Positions 28,046 through 38,443 of a stretch of DNA of 64,000 nt are shown here, piece after piece. The stretch is from NCBI GenBank assembly GCA_964544275.1, contig CAZIZX010000001.1, forward strand, positions 196,342 to 260,341, written 5' to 3'. The stretch's first letter is position 1. The number at the start of each line of letters is the position of its first letter. Under the pieces are notes generated by a model. The model saw only the letters and a list, made by a program, of their open reading frames with translations, had not been told where the DNA came from and ran no database searches. The position numbers and the translations under genes were made by a program. The DNA is from an uncultured Gammaproteobacteria bacterium. Its GTDB lineage: Bacteria > Patescibacteriota > Microgenomatia > UBA12405.

Positions 28046-29362
28046 ATGAGTATTATTACACAACCAAACAAGGCTTTTTTATTACTAATTATCATTTTGG
28101 CCCTGTTTTTTCGGTTATACAATTTAGAAAACCGCTACTCTTTTGACTGGGACCAGGAAGACGACGCCGTCAAAGTCACCCAAATGATAAAGACTAAACA
28201 CCCCCGGCTTTTGGGTCCCCGTGTTGCCGGCGAAGAAGGATTTTTCGTCGGCCCTCAACACTATTATTTTTTGATTCCATTTTATCTTTTGACCAAACAA
28301 GATCCGATTGCTGGTGCCTACGCCTCAGTGTTTATCGGTATCTTAACTACCATTGTTTACTACTTAATCAGCCAAAAATTATTCAACCGAAAAATTGGCC
28401 TTTTTGCCTCTTTTATCTTTGCCATCAACCCCATCTTAACTAGCTGGAATGTCATGTATGCTCCCTTAATTTCCTTATTAATCTTTTTTTTATGTCTCCA
28501 AATCTTGAATGGCCAAACCAAATATTATCCTTTTTTATTCTTTGCTTTTTCATTTTCCGCCACCACTCACTTAGTTCCGGCATCTCTTATTATTCCTGTT
28601 ATTTTTAGTCTTTTAGTATCCCCAAAACCAAACAAAAAAACCTTCTTTATTTCTCTTTTCGTCTTTTTCATACCCCTTCTCCCTCTTATTATTTTCGATT
28701 TTAGAAATGATTTTCTCAACCTCAAAACAATTTTCACCTTTATCCAGTCCAGGTCAGTATCACAGTCTGTTCCAAATTATTTTCTAAGAAGCTTTTTTAG
28801 AAGCTTAAATATCTTTTTGCCTTTTGTTCCAGACTTTATCGGCCGCCTTTTGGCATTAATATTACTCCCACTATCAATCACCCTCTTTACCACCAAAAAA
28901 ACAAAACTTTTTTACCTTATCTGGATTCTTACTCCTCTCGTTTTATTGTCTCAATACCACGCCAGTATACCCGAATATTATTACGGGATGGTTACAGCCC
29001 TTCTGCCCCTGCTTATCTCATTTTTCGTAGTCAAACTCAAACAGCCCTTACTGATAATAACAATAATTTTAATATTTCTTCTGGAATTACCTGGTCTTTT
29101 TACAAAAAAAGCTAGCATATCGTTAAAAGTCAAAAAAGACACTGTTCAATACCTCAGCTACCAAACCCGAGACCAGCCATACAATGTATCATTTGACCTT
29201 CCCCTCGGCTGGCACACCGGTTACAACTACCTTTTTTCTTATTACCGAAACCCGCCTCAGGAAATTCCTCAGGCCCATCTTTATTCCATTTACTTACTGT
29301 CAGAACCTGCCACCGGCGAATTAGTTTACGAAAATAATCCACTCGGTGTTGTTAGAAAATAG
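28046..29362 (+). CDS. GT-C membrane glycosyltransferase (paralog of 24174)
   Basis: FFRLYNL...FDWDQEDD, GP..YY..IPF, PLIIFDFRN. Start at ATG 28046 by alignment with 24174 (track start 27959). Confidence 0.78.
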   Translation: MSIITQPNKAFLLLIIILALFFRLYNLENRYSFDWDQEDDAVKVTQMIKTKHPRLLGPRVAGEEGFFVGPQHYYFLIPFYLLTKQDPIAGAYASVFIGILTTIVYYLISQKLFNRKIGLFASFIFAINPILTSWNVMYAPLISLLIFFLCLQILNGQTKYYPFLFFAFSFSATTHLVPASLIIPVIFSLLVSPKPNKKTFFISLFVFFIPLLPLIIFDFRNDFLNLKTIFTFIQSRSVSQSVPNYFLRSFFRSLNIFLPFVPDFIGRLLALILLPLSITLFTTKKTKLFYLIWILTPLVLLSQYHASIPEYYYGMVTALLPLLISFFVVKLKQPLLIITIILIFLLELPGLFTKKASISLKVKKDTVQYLSYQTRDQPYNVSFDLPLGWHTGYNYLFSYYRNPPQEIPQAHLYSIYLLSEPATGELVYENNPLGVVRK

Positions 29363-29385
29363 CTACTATTATGTATAATCATCTT

Positions 29386-30159
29386 ATGCAAAACAAAGTT
29401 TCCATTGTTATTCCCTGTTTTAACGAAGAGGACAATATTAAAAGAGGTGTTCTGGAACAAGTTTATCAATTTTTGCGCCGACAAAAATACGATTGGGAAG
29501 TATTAATCTGCAATGACGAGTCCACCGACAATAGCCTACGTCTTGCTCGCCAGTTTGCCTCAAAACACGATAATTTCTCAGTACTTAACCTGCCTCATGG
29601 CGGCAAACCTTCGGCTGTTTGGGGAGGAATTCAAAAAGCAAAATATCCGCTAGTTCTTTTTACCGACATGGATCAATCAACTCCGCTCGAAGAACTAAAC
29701 AAATTACTGCCGTTTTTCCAAAAAAATTACGATGTTGTTATTGGTTCCCGCGGCGTTCAGCGTCAAGGCAATTCCAATATCAGAAAATTAATGTCTCGAG
29801 TTTTTTTGCTTTTCAGAAGATCAATTTTATTGTCAGATATCACCGACACTCAATGTGGTTTTAAAGCATTCAAAACAGACGTCGCCAAGAAACTTTTTCC
29901 CCGACTTCAATTTTTTCAGGACAAAGATAATAAATCAGGCTGGAGAGTTTCTGCCTTCGATGTCGAATTATTGTTTATGGCCCAAAAGGCTGGCTACAAA
30001 ATCAAAGAAGTTCTGGTTGAATGGAAAAACGAAGATATCAGTACCACCAAAGGTGACGATTCAGCCAGATTCAAAAAAGAATCAAAACAAATGCTTCAGG
30101 AAATCTGGCGTGTCAAAAAAAATGATTTAATGGGAACTTATGACTCTGTCAAAAAATAA
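29386..30159 (+). CDS. GT2, polyprenol-phosphate glycosyltransferase (ALG5/DPM-like)
   Basis: IPCFNEE, NDESTD, TDMDQST, IGSR, TDTQCGFK, FDVELL. ATG 29386 lies 6 nt after TATAAT. Confidence 0.88.
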   Translation: MQNKVSIVIPCFNEEDNIKRGVLEQVYQFLRRQKYDWEVLICNDESTDNSLRLARQFASKHDNFSVLNLPHGGKPSAVWGGIQKAKYPLVLFTDMDQSTPLEELNKLLPFFQKNYDVVIGSRGVQRQGNSNIRKLMSRVFLLFRRSILLSDITDTQCGFKAFKTDVAKKLFPRLQFFQDKDNKSGWRVSAFDVELLFMAQKAGYKIKEVLVEWKNEDISTTKGDDSARFKKESKQMLQEIWRVKKNDLMGTYDSVKK

Positions 30160-31666
30160 ATTAATTCCACTCTCCCTCCTTTTAGCTTGCCTGACTTATC
30201 TTTTTTCCAGAATTCAAAACCTCACCAGCCTACCCGTCTTTGGCGACGAGGCCATATATATTCGCTGGTCCCAGGTTATAAAAAACGTCGAAACCCTTCG
30301 CTTCATCCCTCTAACCGACGGCAAACAACCACTTTTTATGTGGCTGACCATTCCTTTCTTCAAACTATCCTCAGACCCGTTATTTTCCGCCCGACTCGTT
30401 TCCGTACTTTCCGGCTTGGGTATAACCCTTTTACTCTTCCTTGCCTCCTGTCTCATTTTTAATTACCAGTCAAAAGACAAAAATATCAAAACGTTTTTTA
30501 CGGACTCCCTTTCTTCAAATTTTCCCGCCACCCTAATTGCCCCAACAATCTACCTTTTACTGCCCTTCTCGTTCTTCTTTGACAGACTAGCGCTGGCCGA
30601 TACTCTTCTTAGTTTTTTTGGACTTTCAGCCCTCCTGCTCAGTTTTCTTCTCGGCAAATTTCACCGACTTGATCTTTCTTTTATCCTCGGTCTTGTTCTT
30701 GGTCTAGCCTGGATAACCAAATCACCGGCCATATACTTTATCGTTCTCTCCCTGCTTACTTTTCTAATTTTAAATTACAAAAAACCACTGACTTTAATTT
30801 ATCCCCTGGTATCCGTCTTTATGTCCTTCTTAATTTATAACCTGCTCCGGCTCGGTCCTCAATTCCACATGATCTCCCTCCGCAACCAAGATTATGTGTT
30901 TTCCCTCTCTGAAATATTGTCTCATCCTCTCGACCCGTTTATTCCACACCTATCCGATATTTACGCTATATTTTCACACTATATTTCCTTGCCCCTAATC
31001 GCTTTTTTTTACTTTCTGATTTCAGCTCTAAAAAACAAAAAAGTATCCTGGGTTCACCTCACACTTTTTCTCTGGTTCATATCCCCCTTACTTTCCAATG
31101 CCGTTTTTGCCAAGACTTTTACCGCCCGTTACATACTCTACATTCTGCCTTCTTTTATTCTCCTATTCTCTCTCTTAATCTCCCGGTCAGCACTGTTAAT
31201 CAAACATAAACATTGGCGGTTTGTTCTTGCCCTCTTGTTCATCCCTGGATTCTTGTGGGTAATCGGTATCTCCCGCTCTCCTTTTACCCAAAAATTACCA
31301 CCCACCGACGCCGGCTATTTGACCGATTGGACCTCGGGGTGGGGAATCAAGGAAAGTGCTTCTTTCCTGATTGACAGATCAAGACAAAATAACGTTATTG
31401 TTGGTACCGAAGGCGCTTTCGGAACTCTTCCCAACGGACTCCAAATCTATACTGATGGCACCAATAATTTAACAGTTATTGGTCTGGGATTAGGTTTTGA
31501 CACCATTCCTTCGAACCTCGTCGATGCCAAAAACCATGGCGACGAGGTCTATATGCTGATAAACCAGTCCCGCCTGGTATTATTACCCGACGAAATTGCC
31601 AAACTAAAAACAATTCACCAATACCTCAAACCTGACGGAGACAAGCTCTTACTCCTACAAATATAA
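30140..31666 (+). CDS. GT-C membrane glycosyltransferase (PMT-2/ArnT-like)
   Basis: LPVFGDEAIYIRW, DGKQPLFMW, ARLVSV, FFDRLALAD, WITK, ARY. Confidence 0.82.
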   Translation: MTLSKNKLIPLSLLLACLTYLFSRIQNLTSLPVFGDEAIYIRWSQVIKNVETLRFIPLTDGKQPLFMWLTIPFFKLSSDPLFSARLVSVLSGLGITLLLFLASCLIFNYQSKDKNIKTFFTDSLSSNFPATLIAPTIYLLLPFSFFFDRLALADTLLSFFGLSALLLSFLLGKFHRLDLSFILGLVLGLAWITKSPAIYFIVLSLLTFLILNYKKPLTLIYPLVSVFMSFLIYNLLRLGPQFHMISLRNQDYVFSLSEILSHPLDPFIPHLSDIYAIFSHYISLPLIAFFYFLISALKNKKVSWVHLTLFLWFISPLLSNAVFAKTFTARYILYILPSFILLFSLLISRSALLIKHKHWRFVLALLFIPGFLWVIGISRSPFTQKLPPTDAGYLTDWTSGWGIKESASFLIDRSRQNNVIVGTEGAFGTLPNGLQIYTDGTNNLTVIGLGLGFDTIPSNLVDAKNHGDEVYMLINQSRLVLLPDEIAKLKTIHQYLKPDGDKLLLLQI

Positions 31667-31684
31667 ATCATGTAGAATACAAGA

Positions 31685-33427
31685 ATGCTCAAAGCCTTAA
31701 TTCCCAAGAACAAGCTCGGTTGGTTGTTCTATGTCGTTTTATTCACTGTTCCCACCTATTTTTTTCTCATCTCTCACCCCGGACAATATTACAACATGCA
31801 CGACGACATGCAAATGATTCGTCAATTGGAATTTGAGAACTGCATCCAGGATGGTCAAATCCCTTGCCGTTGGAACTCAAACATGGGCCATGGTTATGGT
31901 TATCCTTTGTTTAATTTCTACCCTCCGCTGCCCTACATTGTTGGCCAAGTTTTCAGGACATTTCAACTATCTTTTGTTGAAACAGCCAAGTTAGTCGCCG
32001 TTTCTCACTTTGTTTTAACTTCGATTTTCATGTTTATTTTGGCCTCCTCTATATTTGGTAACATTGGCGGTTTTATCTCGGCTTTATTTTTCTCATATGC
32101 CCCGTACCACGCACTAAATATTTACGTTCGTGGTGCCTACAACGAAGCCTGGGCCGCTGCTTTTTTCCCTCTCGTTTTTTATTTTTCCAGAAACATTATT
32201 CTTCATCAAAAAAACCGTCATTTGTCCGTTATTGGGCTGGCTCTAGCCTATGCCGGCATCTTTCTTTCCCATAACCCCATGGCCATGACTTTTGCTCCGG
32301 CGCTGTTAGTCTGGATAATCTTTTGGCTATTCCAAAAGCACAAACAAAACCTTAAAGCCTACATCAAACCACTCCTCCGGTTACTTTCAGCTGGGGCGAT
32401 ATCTTTGGGCTTATCCGCCTTCTTTACCTTGCCTGTCATCTTCGAATCATCTTTGGTCCAAATAGAAACCATGTTTCAAAACTACTATAGTTTTCAAACC
32501 CATTTTACCACCATCAGGCAACTCTTTTTCAGCAACTATTGGGGAGACGGCGCCTCTATTTGGGGACCGGGAGATGGGATGTCTTTTATGATTGGGTTCT
32601 TACAATGGATGGTCCCATCACTAACCTTGATTTTTTTTGGTTTCAATTATCTAAAACACAAAAAAATCAACAAATACTTCTATCTAACAATAATGCTGGT
32701 AATTCTGTCGTTTTTCTACAGTTTTTTGACCCACGAAAGATCAGCCTTTATTTGGACCCAACTATCCATACTTCAAAAAATTCAATTCCCCTGGCGGTTG
32801 CTAAATCAAGCAGTCTTCTTGTTCTCACTAGCAGCTGGATCGGCTTATTACGCATTATCGAAATTAACAACAAATAAACTAGTTAGATCTACCGTAATTA
32901 CACTGCTTCTTCTTTCTCTCTACCTTACCAACATCTCCTTTTTTAAACCCTTTGTCTATGCTCCACTAACCGACCAAGATAAATTCTCAGGTTTTGCTTG
33001 GACCACCCAAATTACCTCGAATATTTATGATTATCTGCCTAAAACAGCCTCAAAAGCACCCGATGGTCCAGCTGGCGAATATATTGATCAAGTCAGTTCA
33101 CCGGACTACGAACTATATGGTCAAAAAAAGGGGACCGACTGGATGTTTTTTAACATCAAACTTGCAAACCAATCCTCTGTTACTATAGCCAGGTTCGCTT
33201 TCCCCGAACTAAAAGTATTTGTCAACAACGCCCAAGTAGACTACAAAATCGAACCCGTATTGGGTAGGGTGGTACTTGATCTGGAACCCGGGAATCACGT
33301 TGTCTACCTCAAACTTTACAATACACCCATAAGAACCATCTCTAATTACATTTCCCTCATAACTTGGTCAGGAATTGTCATCTATTGCCTCAAACCCCTA
33401 TGGAAAAAACCAATATCCAGGAACTAA
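31685..33427 (+). CDS. GT-C-type membrane protein (YfhO / PTPS-related family)
   Basis: MHDD, RW...GYGYPLFNFYPPL, YAPYH...YVRG...E, LSAFF.LP...E, IQFPWR, C-terminal beta domain. Confidence 0.78.
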   Translation: MLKALIPKNKLGWLFYVVLFTVPTYFFLISHPGQYYNMHDDMQMIRQLEFENCIQDGQIPCRWNSNMGHGYGYPLFNFYPPLPYIVGQVFRTFQLSFVETAKLVAVSHFVLTSIFMFILASSIFGNIGGFISALFFSYAPYHALNIYVRGAYNEAWAAAFFPLVFYFSRNIILHQKNRHLSVIGLALAYAGIFLSHNPMAMTFAPALLVWIIFWLFQKHKQNLKAYIKPLLRLLSAGAISLGLSAFFTLPVIFESSLVQIETMFQNYYSFQTHFTTIRQLFFSNYWGDGASIWGPGDGMSFMIGFLQWMVPSLTLIFFGFNYLKHKKINKYFYLTIMLVILSFFYSFLTHERSAFIWTQLSILQKIQFPWRLLNQAVFLFSLAAGSAYYALSKLTTNKLVRSTVITLLLLSLYLTNISFFKPFVYAPLTDQDKFSGFAWTTQITSNIYDYLPKTASKAPDGPAGEYIDQVSSPDYELYGQKKGTDWMFFNIKLANQSSVTIARFAFPELKVFVNNAQVDYKIEPVLGRVVLDLEPGNHVVYLKLYNTPIRTISNYISLITWSGIVIYCLKPLWKKPISRN

Positions 33428-34875
33428 AGCAAAAAACAACCACCAGTATCTTTTTCCTCTCACTGAGAAATATTGGAATTCAGGCTATATCAACTGTTGG
33501 TTTTTTTCTGCTCACCATTCTACTTGGCACAGGTGAAGTTGGCTTATTTGCTATCGTGGCTGAATCTATCGGTATCTTGGGCTATTTTTCAGATGTAGGT
33601 CTGGCTTCAGCCCTTATCCAGCAAAAAGAGAAAATCAAAAAGATTGAACTGCAAACCACTTTCCTTATTCAACAAACACTTGTGGCGTTATCTCTTACAG
33701 CAGTAGCCTTGTTTTACTCCCGCTTCAGTGCTGCCAGAGGTTACGGGCCAAAAGAATTCTGGATTCTTATCTCACTTTGCTACTCTTTTGCAGCCGCTTC
33801 ACTCAAGACCATTCCATCTGTCCAGCTGGAAAGAAATCTCAACTTTAAACTCTTTTCCATCATCGATGTTTCCGAAAATATCACTTTTTACTTCTTTGCC
33901 GTCCTTTTCGCCTTTTTAGGTTTCGAGGGCTATTCCTATGCTATCGCCATTTTTATCCGAAGCACTCTAGGACTGATCCTCATGTATCGCTTCAGTCCTT
34001 GGCCCATCGGTTTTGCTTTCTCAAAAGAATCAGCCAAAAAACTATTTAAGTTTGGCATACCTTTTCAACTCAACTCTTTTATCGCCCTGGCCAAAGACCG
34101 CCTGTCAAATTTACTGGTTGCCGGCATTATCGGTCGGGAAGCCTTTGGCATTTTATCCTGGGCCCAAAAAGGACCCAGAATACCCCTAAGTTTCATGGAC
34201 GCCGTTATGAAAGTTACCTTCCCAACCTTCTCCCGTATCCAGGATCAAACCGATATTCTCAAACGTTCCATCGAAAAGAGCATTTTCTTCATATCTTTAT
34301 TGGTTTTCCCTTCGCTTGTCGGTATCTCCCTTTTAGCGCCCGACATAATTAACTTTATCCCACGATACTCCAAATGGGCTCCGGCTATCTTACCCCTATA
34401 TTTATATGCCATCAATGCTGCCGTTGCTTCTATTACCACTCCTCTAACTAACGCTTTCAATGCCGTCGGCAAAATCACCACTACCACCAAACTCATGATC
34501 ATGTGGACCGTCCTAACCTGGATTTTTTACCCCATACTAAGTTCCCGTTACGGTTACATTGGTACCGCTATCGCTTCATTGATCGTCGGCAGCAGCTCGA
34601 TTGTCGTCTGGATTTTGGCCGCCAAAATTTTCAAAGTTAATGTCCTTAGTAACATCAAAAATTCACTCATCGGCTCTTTTTTCATGTCCATATTTCTAAT
34701 AGCCTTAAATTACACCAACTTACCTCTAATTTTTCTGATCCCGGCCAAAATTATTTTCGGGGCTGTCACCTATTTACTGGTACAACTATTAATCTCTTCC
34801 AGTCAAATTAATTGGTTTTTGGCCCAAATTAAAATTATCAAAAATAGAAAACAAGTCCCGATTTCCACTCCATGA
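33400..34875 (+). CDS. wzx: Wzx-like oligosaccharide flippase (MOP superfamily)
   Basis: About 12-14 TMs, G.FAI..., SDVGLASALIQ, LER.LNF, LFKFG, VTFPTFSRIQ. ATG 33400 preferred over 33364. Confidence 0.85.
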   Translation: MEKTNIQELKQKTTTSIFFLSLRNIGIQAISTVGFFLLTILLGTGEVGLFAIVAESIGILGYFSDVGLASALIQQKEKIKKIELQTTFLIQQTLVALSLTAVALFYSRFSAARGYGPKEFWILISLCYSFAAASLKTIPSVQLERNLNFKLFSIIDVSENITFYFFAVLFAFLGFEGYSYAIAIFIRSTLGLILMYRFSPWPIGFAFSKESAKKLFKFGIPFQLNSFIALAKDRLSNLLVAGIIGREAFGILSWAQKGPRIPLSFMDAVMKVTFPTFSRIQDQTDILKRSIEKSIFFISLLVFPSLVGISLLAPDIINFIPRYSKWAPAILPLYLYAINAAVASITTPLTNAFNAVGKITTTTKLMIMWTVLTWIFYPILSSRYGYIGTAIASLIVGSSSIVVWILAAKIFKVNVLSNIKNSLIGSFFMSIFLIALNYTNLPLIFLIPAKIIFGAVTYLLVQLLISSSQINWFLAQIKIIKNRKQVPISTP

Positions 34876-36575
34876 AAAAAACAGGCTTTTTTGGCCCGAT
34901 CCTCCTCATCCTTCTTTCTTCGGCCATAATTTCCATGACCATGGTCAGAAGCGGACTTTTATATGACTTTGGCATCGGCTTCTGGGGCCCAAATGGTCAC
35001 GATGCCATCTGGCACCTGAGCCTTATCAACCAACTAAAACAAAACATTCCACCCCTAAATCCCGTCTTCTCCAGCTCAATTTTAAAGAACTACCACTGGG
35101 GGTTTAATCTCCTTACCGCCATTATTTCCAAAATTACTTCTATTAATCCATCAACACTCTACTTCCAAATTTTACCCATAATCTTTGCCCTGCTTTTGGG
35201 AACTCTTTCTTTTTATCTGGCTTATAAATTAACTCGAAGCCATCGACAAGCTCTGATTTTCACTTTTCTTAATTATTTCGCCGGTTCGTTCGGTTTCTTG
35301 TATACCCTGGCAACTACATCTTCCATCGGCGGTGAATCGTTGTTTTGGTCGATGCAATCATCTTCAATTCTACTCAATCCACCTTATGCCCTATCCATAC
35401 TCATACTGCTTTTGGGATTTATATTATATTTTAACCAAAAAATAAATTACAAAAAGGCCTTCTTTATCGGATTTTTCTTCAGTTTACTCACACTCACAAA
35501 AATTTACGCCGCCATCATATTTGGCGGTACTCTGGCAACTTACATTGTCATCCAATACCTAACCACCAAAAAAATTATCAAAACAGACCTTGTCCTCCTC
35601 CTCTCCTTCTCTTCTTTTTTCCTACTTTTTGGTTATTCCCTCGGAGTTTTCTCTTCTCAATCTCTTATTGTTTTCCACCCCCTCTGGTTTGCTCACACCA
35701 TGATCGAATCAACGGACAAATTTTACTTACCCCGTCTCGCCTCCTACCGCTTCAACCTCTCCCAAAATCTTAATCTTATCAAACTGCCAGTTTTCTTCTT
35801 CATCGAATTTGTCCTCACGCTTATTTTCATTGTCGGCAACACCGGTATCCGCCTGTTTGGGCTATCAGAAATTGTCCGTCACCTAAAATCAAACAAAGTA
35901 ATCACCAAGTCAACGTTATTTTTACTTCTGTTCCTGACACTCTCTCTCCTCTTTCCTCTTTTGTTTATTCAAAAAGGAACCCCTTGGAACACCATCCAAT
36001 TTTTTTACTACTTTCTACTTATTCTAAATTTCTTTACCGCCGCCTATCTATCAAAATTGTTTGAAAAATCCAAAGTATTGGTTGTCATAATTTTACTTCT
36101 TTCCTCTACTACCTCATTTTCCTCCCTCAAAGATTACTTTGGCTTTCCCCCCCCCAGCGCAATTCCCACCTCGGAAGTCAAAGCTCTCTCTTTTCTCTCA
36201 ACCCAAAAACCTGGTATCATTCTTACCTTTCCTTTTGATAAATACAAGAAAAATGAACTAAAGTTACCCACACCTCTTCCGCTCTATCTTTATGAAACAA
36301 CAGCCTATGTTTCTGCTTTCACTCAAATGCCCACCTTTATCGATGACGAAATGAACCTAGACATAACCGGATTTAACTGGCAGGACAGAAAGAACCAGGT
36401 AACTAATTTCTACCAATCAACCGATCCGATCACTTCCCGGGGTTTATTGATAAACAACGATATTTCATACATATATCTAGTTAATCATCAGAATCTCAGC
36501 CTGAGCACCATCCAGCTCGGTCTTGACCTGATATATAATCAGGACAACGTTAGGATATACCGCGTCCAAAGGTGA
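34872..36575 (+). CDS. Multi-pass membrane protein, probable GT-C fold
   Basis: HDAIWHLSLI loop after TM1, PP.NP.F, NYHW, many TMs, C-terminal soluble domain ending IYRV. Confidence 0.6.
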   Translation: MKKTGFFGPILLILLSSAIISMTMVRSGLLYDFGIGFWGPNGHDAIWHLSLINQLKQNIPPLNPVFSSSILKNYHWGFNLLTAIISKITSINPSTLYFQILPIIFALLLGTLSFYLAYKLTRSHRQALIFTFLNYFAGSFGFLYTLATTSSIGGESLFWSMQSSSILLNPPYALSILILLLGFILYFNQKINYKKAFFIGFFFSLLTLTKIYAAIIFGGTLATYIVIQYLTTKKIIKTDLVLLLSFSSFFLLFGYSLGVFSSQSLIVFHPLWFAHTMIESTDKFYLPRLASYRFNLSQNLNLIKLPVFFFIEFVLTLIFIVGNTGIRLFGLSEIVRHLKSNKVITKSTLFLLLFLTLSLLFPLLFIQKGTPWNTIQFFYYFLLILNFFTAAYLSKLFEKSKVLVVIILLLSSTTSFSSLKDYFGFPPPSAIPTSEVKALSFLSTQKPGIILTFPFDKYKKNELKLPTPLPLYLYETTAYVSAFTQMPTFIDDEMNLDITGFNWQDRKNQVTNFYQSTDPITSRGLLINNDISYIYLVNHQNLSLSTIQLGLDLIYNQDNVRIYRVQR

Positions 36576-36591
36576 TAAACTATAGACAACC

Positions 36592-37527
36592 ATGAAAAAC
36601 CAACCCCTTATTTCGGCGGTAATTAATGTCCGAAACGAAGCTGATGTTTTAAATAAATGTCTCCAATCTTTAACCAATTTTGCCGACGAAATCATTGTTG
36701 TTGACATGCATTCAATTGACGGTTCTGCCCAAATAGCCCAAAAGTATGGTGCCAAAGTTTTTCCTTATCGGCCCATGAAAGTAGTCGAACCCGCCCGCAA
36801 CTTCGCTCTTTCCAAAGCTACCGGTAAATGGATAATTCTGCTTGATCCCGACGAGTATCTAAACAAAACCCTAAAAAAAGAACTCAAAAAAATAACTCAA
36901 AGATCGGATGTTGATTTCGTCAAAATCCCTCGCAAGAATATTATCTTCGGCAAATGGATCCGTCATAGCAACAGTTGGCCGGATTACCTCATCCGTTTTT
37001 TCAAAAAAAATCACGTCACCTGGAAAAAAGAAATTCACAGTCAGCCAGCCACCAAAGGTGTCGGCTTGACTCTACTGGATTCAGAAAAACTCGCCATCCG
37101 CCACCTTAATTATCGATCAGTCACCTCATTCATCCAAAGGGCCATCAGATACAGCGGAGTTCAGGCTGATGAACTCAAATCGCTAGATTATAAACTCAAA
37201 ACCAGTGACTTCATCCTCAAACCGGCCCAAGAATTCAACAGCCGCTTTTTTTCTGCTGAAGGTTACAAAGACGGCTGGCACGGTCTGGTTTTCTCTCTTC
37301 TCCAGGCATTCGCTGTCTGCCTGGTCTACATCCGTCTCTGGGAAAAACAAGGCTCCCGCGACAAACCGCTATCCAAAGAATCTTTTGTCTCTGCCAGCCA
37401 GGAAACAGTCTACGAATATAGTTATTGGTTTACCAGATATTTTAGCCAGGAATATACCCTAAATTATTTCAAAATATTTTTTATAAAATTCAGACATCTG
37501 CTGGACCGCTTCACCAAAAACTTTTAA
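36592..37527 (+). CDS. GT2 (WaaE/KdtX-like)
   Basis: RNEA..L.KCL.S, VVD.HS.D, ARNFAL, LDPDE, PRKN, WPDY..RFF. Confidence 0.85.
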   Translation: MKNQPLISAVINVRNEADVLNKCLQSLTNFADEIIVVDMHSIDGSAQIAQKYGAKVFPYRPMKVVEPARNFALSKATGKWIILLDPDEYLNKTLKKELKKITQRSDVDFVKIPRKNIIFGKWIRHSNSWPDYLIRFFKKNHVTWKKEIHSQPATKGVGLTLLDSEKLAIRHLNYRSVTSFIQRAIRYSGVQADELKSLDYKLKTSDFILKPAQEFNSRFFSAEGYKDGWHGLVFSLLQAFAVCLVYIRLWEKQGSRDKPLSKESFVSASQETVYEYSYWFTRYFSQEYTLNYFKIFFIKFRHLLDRFTKNF

Positions 37528-37528
37528 T

Positions 37529-38443
37529 ATGGACCAAATCGCCATAGTCGTTTTAAATTGGAAAAAACCCCAGTTAACCATCGATACCGTCAATTCCTTA
37601 CTTCAAGTTACCACCAAAACTTTCCATTATCAAATAATCCTAGTCGACAATCATTCCCCCGACAACTCCCTCCAACTGTTTAAACAAACTTATTCTGACA
37701 ACAAACTCGTCACTATCCTCCAAACCCCTTCCAATCAAGGCTATGTTGGCGGCAATAACTTTGGTATTGAATACTCCCTCAAGCACAAATACACTTTTAC
37801 TCTCCTGATCAATAACGACGTCATCGTCGATCCCGACTTTTTGATTCATCTTTATCTTCAATCCCGAAAAAACAACTACCACCTGCTTGGGCCCAAAATC
37901 TATTTTGCCCCCGGCTTTGAATTCCATAAAACCAGATATCACCCAAACCAACTGGGTAAAGTAATCTGGTCAGCCGGTGGCCAAATGGACTGGAATAATA
38001 TCTTGGGATCAAATATTGGCATTGATCAAGTTGACACGGGCCAATTTGACCAAATTCTAGAAAACCCCGACTTCCTGAGCGGCTGTTGTTTGTTAATCAA
38101 AAATTCTGTCTTTCAAAAAATCGGACTTCTTGACCCTGTTTATTTTATGTATCTCGAAGACGTTGATTTCTGTCAAAAAGCCAAAATAAATAACTTTAAA
38201 CTTGCTTATATCCCCAAATCGGTTATTTGGCACATTAACGCCGGGTCATCTGCCTCAGGCAGTAGTCTTTTTGATTACTTTATTACCCGAAACCGCCTCA
38301 TTTTTGCTTCCCGATACGCCCGACCCAAAACCAAATTCGCCCTCACTCGCGAAGCTCTAAAATTCGTTTTTTCATCAAATTCCTGGAAAAGAAAAGCTGT
38401 TTTTGATTATTATTTCCATAATTGGGGCAGGGGATCATGGTAA
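37529..38443 (+). CDS. GT2 (WbbL/rhamnosyltransferase-like)
   Basis: VLNW, VDNHS.D, N.GY.GGNN.G, INND, SGCCLLI, YFMYLEDVD. Confidence 0.85.
   Translation: MDQIAIVVLNWKKPQLTIDTVNSLLQVTTKTFHYQIILVDNHSPDNSLQLFKQTYSDNKLVTILQTPSNQGYVGGNNFGIEYSLKHKYTFTLLINNDVIVDPDFLIHLYLQSRKNNYHLLGPKIYFAPGFEFHKTRYHPNQLGKVIWSAGGQMDWNNILGSNIGIDQVDTGQFDQILENPDFLSGCCLLIKNSVFQKIGLLDPVYFMYLEDVDFCQKAKINNFKLAYIPKSVIWHINAGSSASGSSLFDYFITRNRLIFASRYARPKTKFALTREALKFVFSSNSWKRKAVFDYYFHNWGRGSW

Noticed and set aside
31685-33427. Pterin biosynthesis role suggested by the PTPS-related family name
   Set aside because: The protein is a multi-TM GT-C-type membrane protein with no PTPS catalytic domain.
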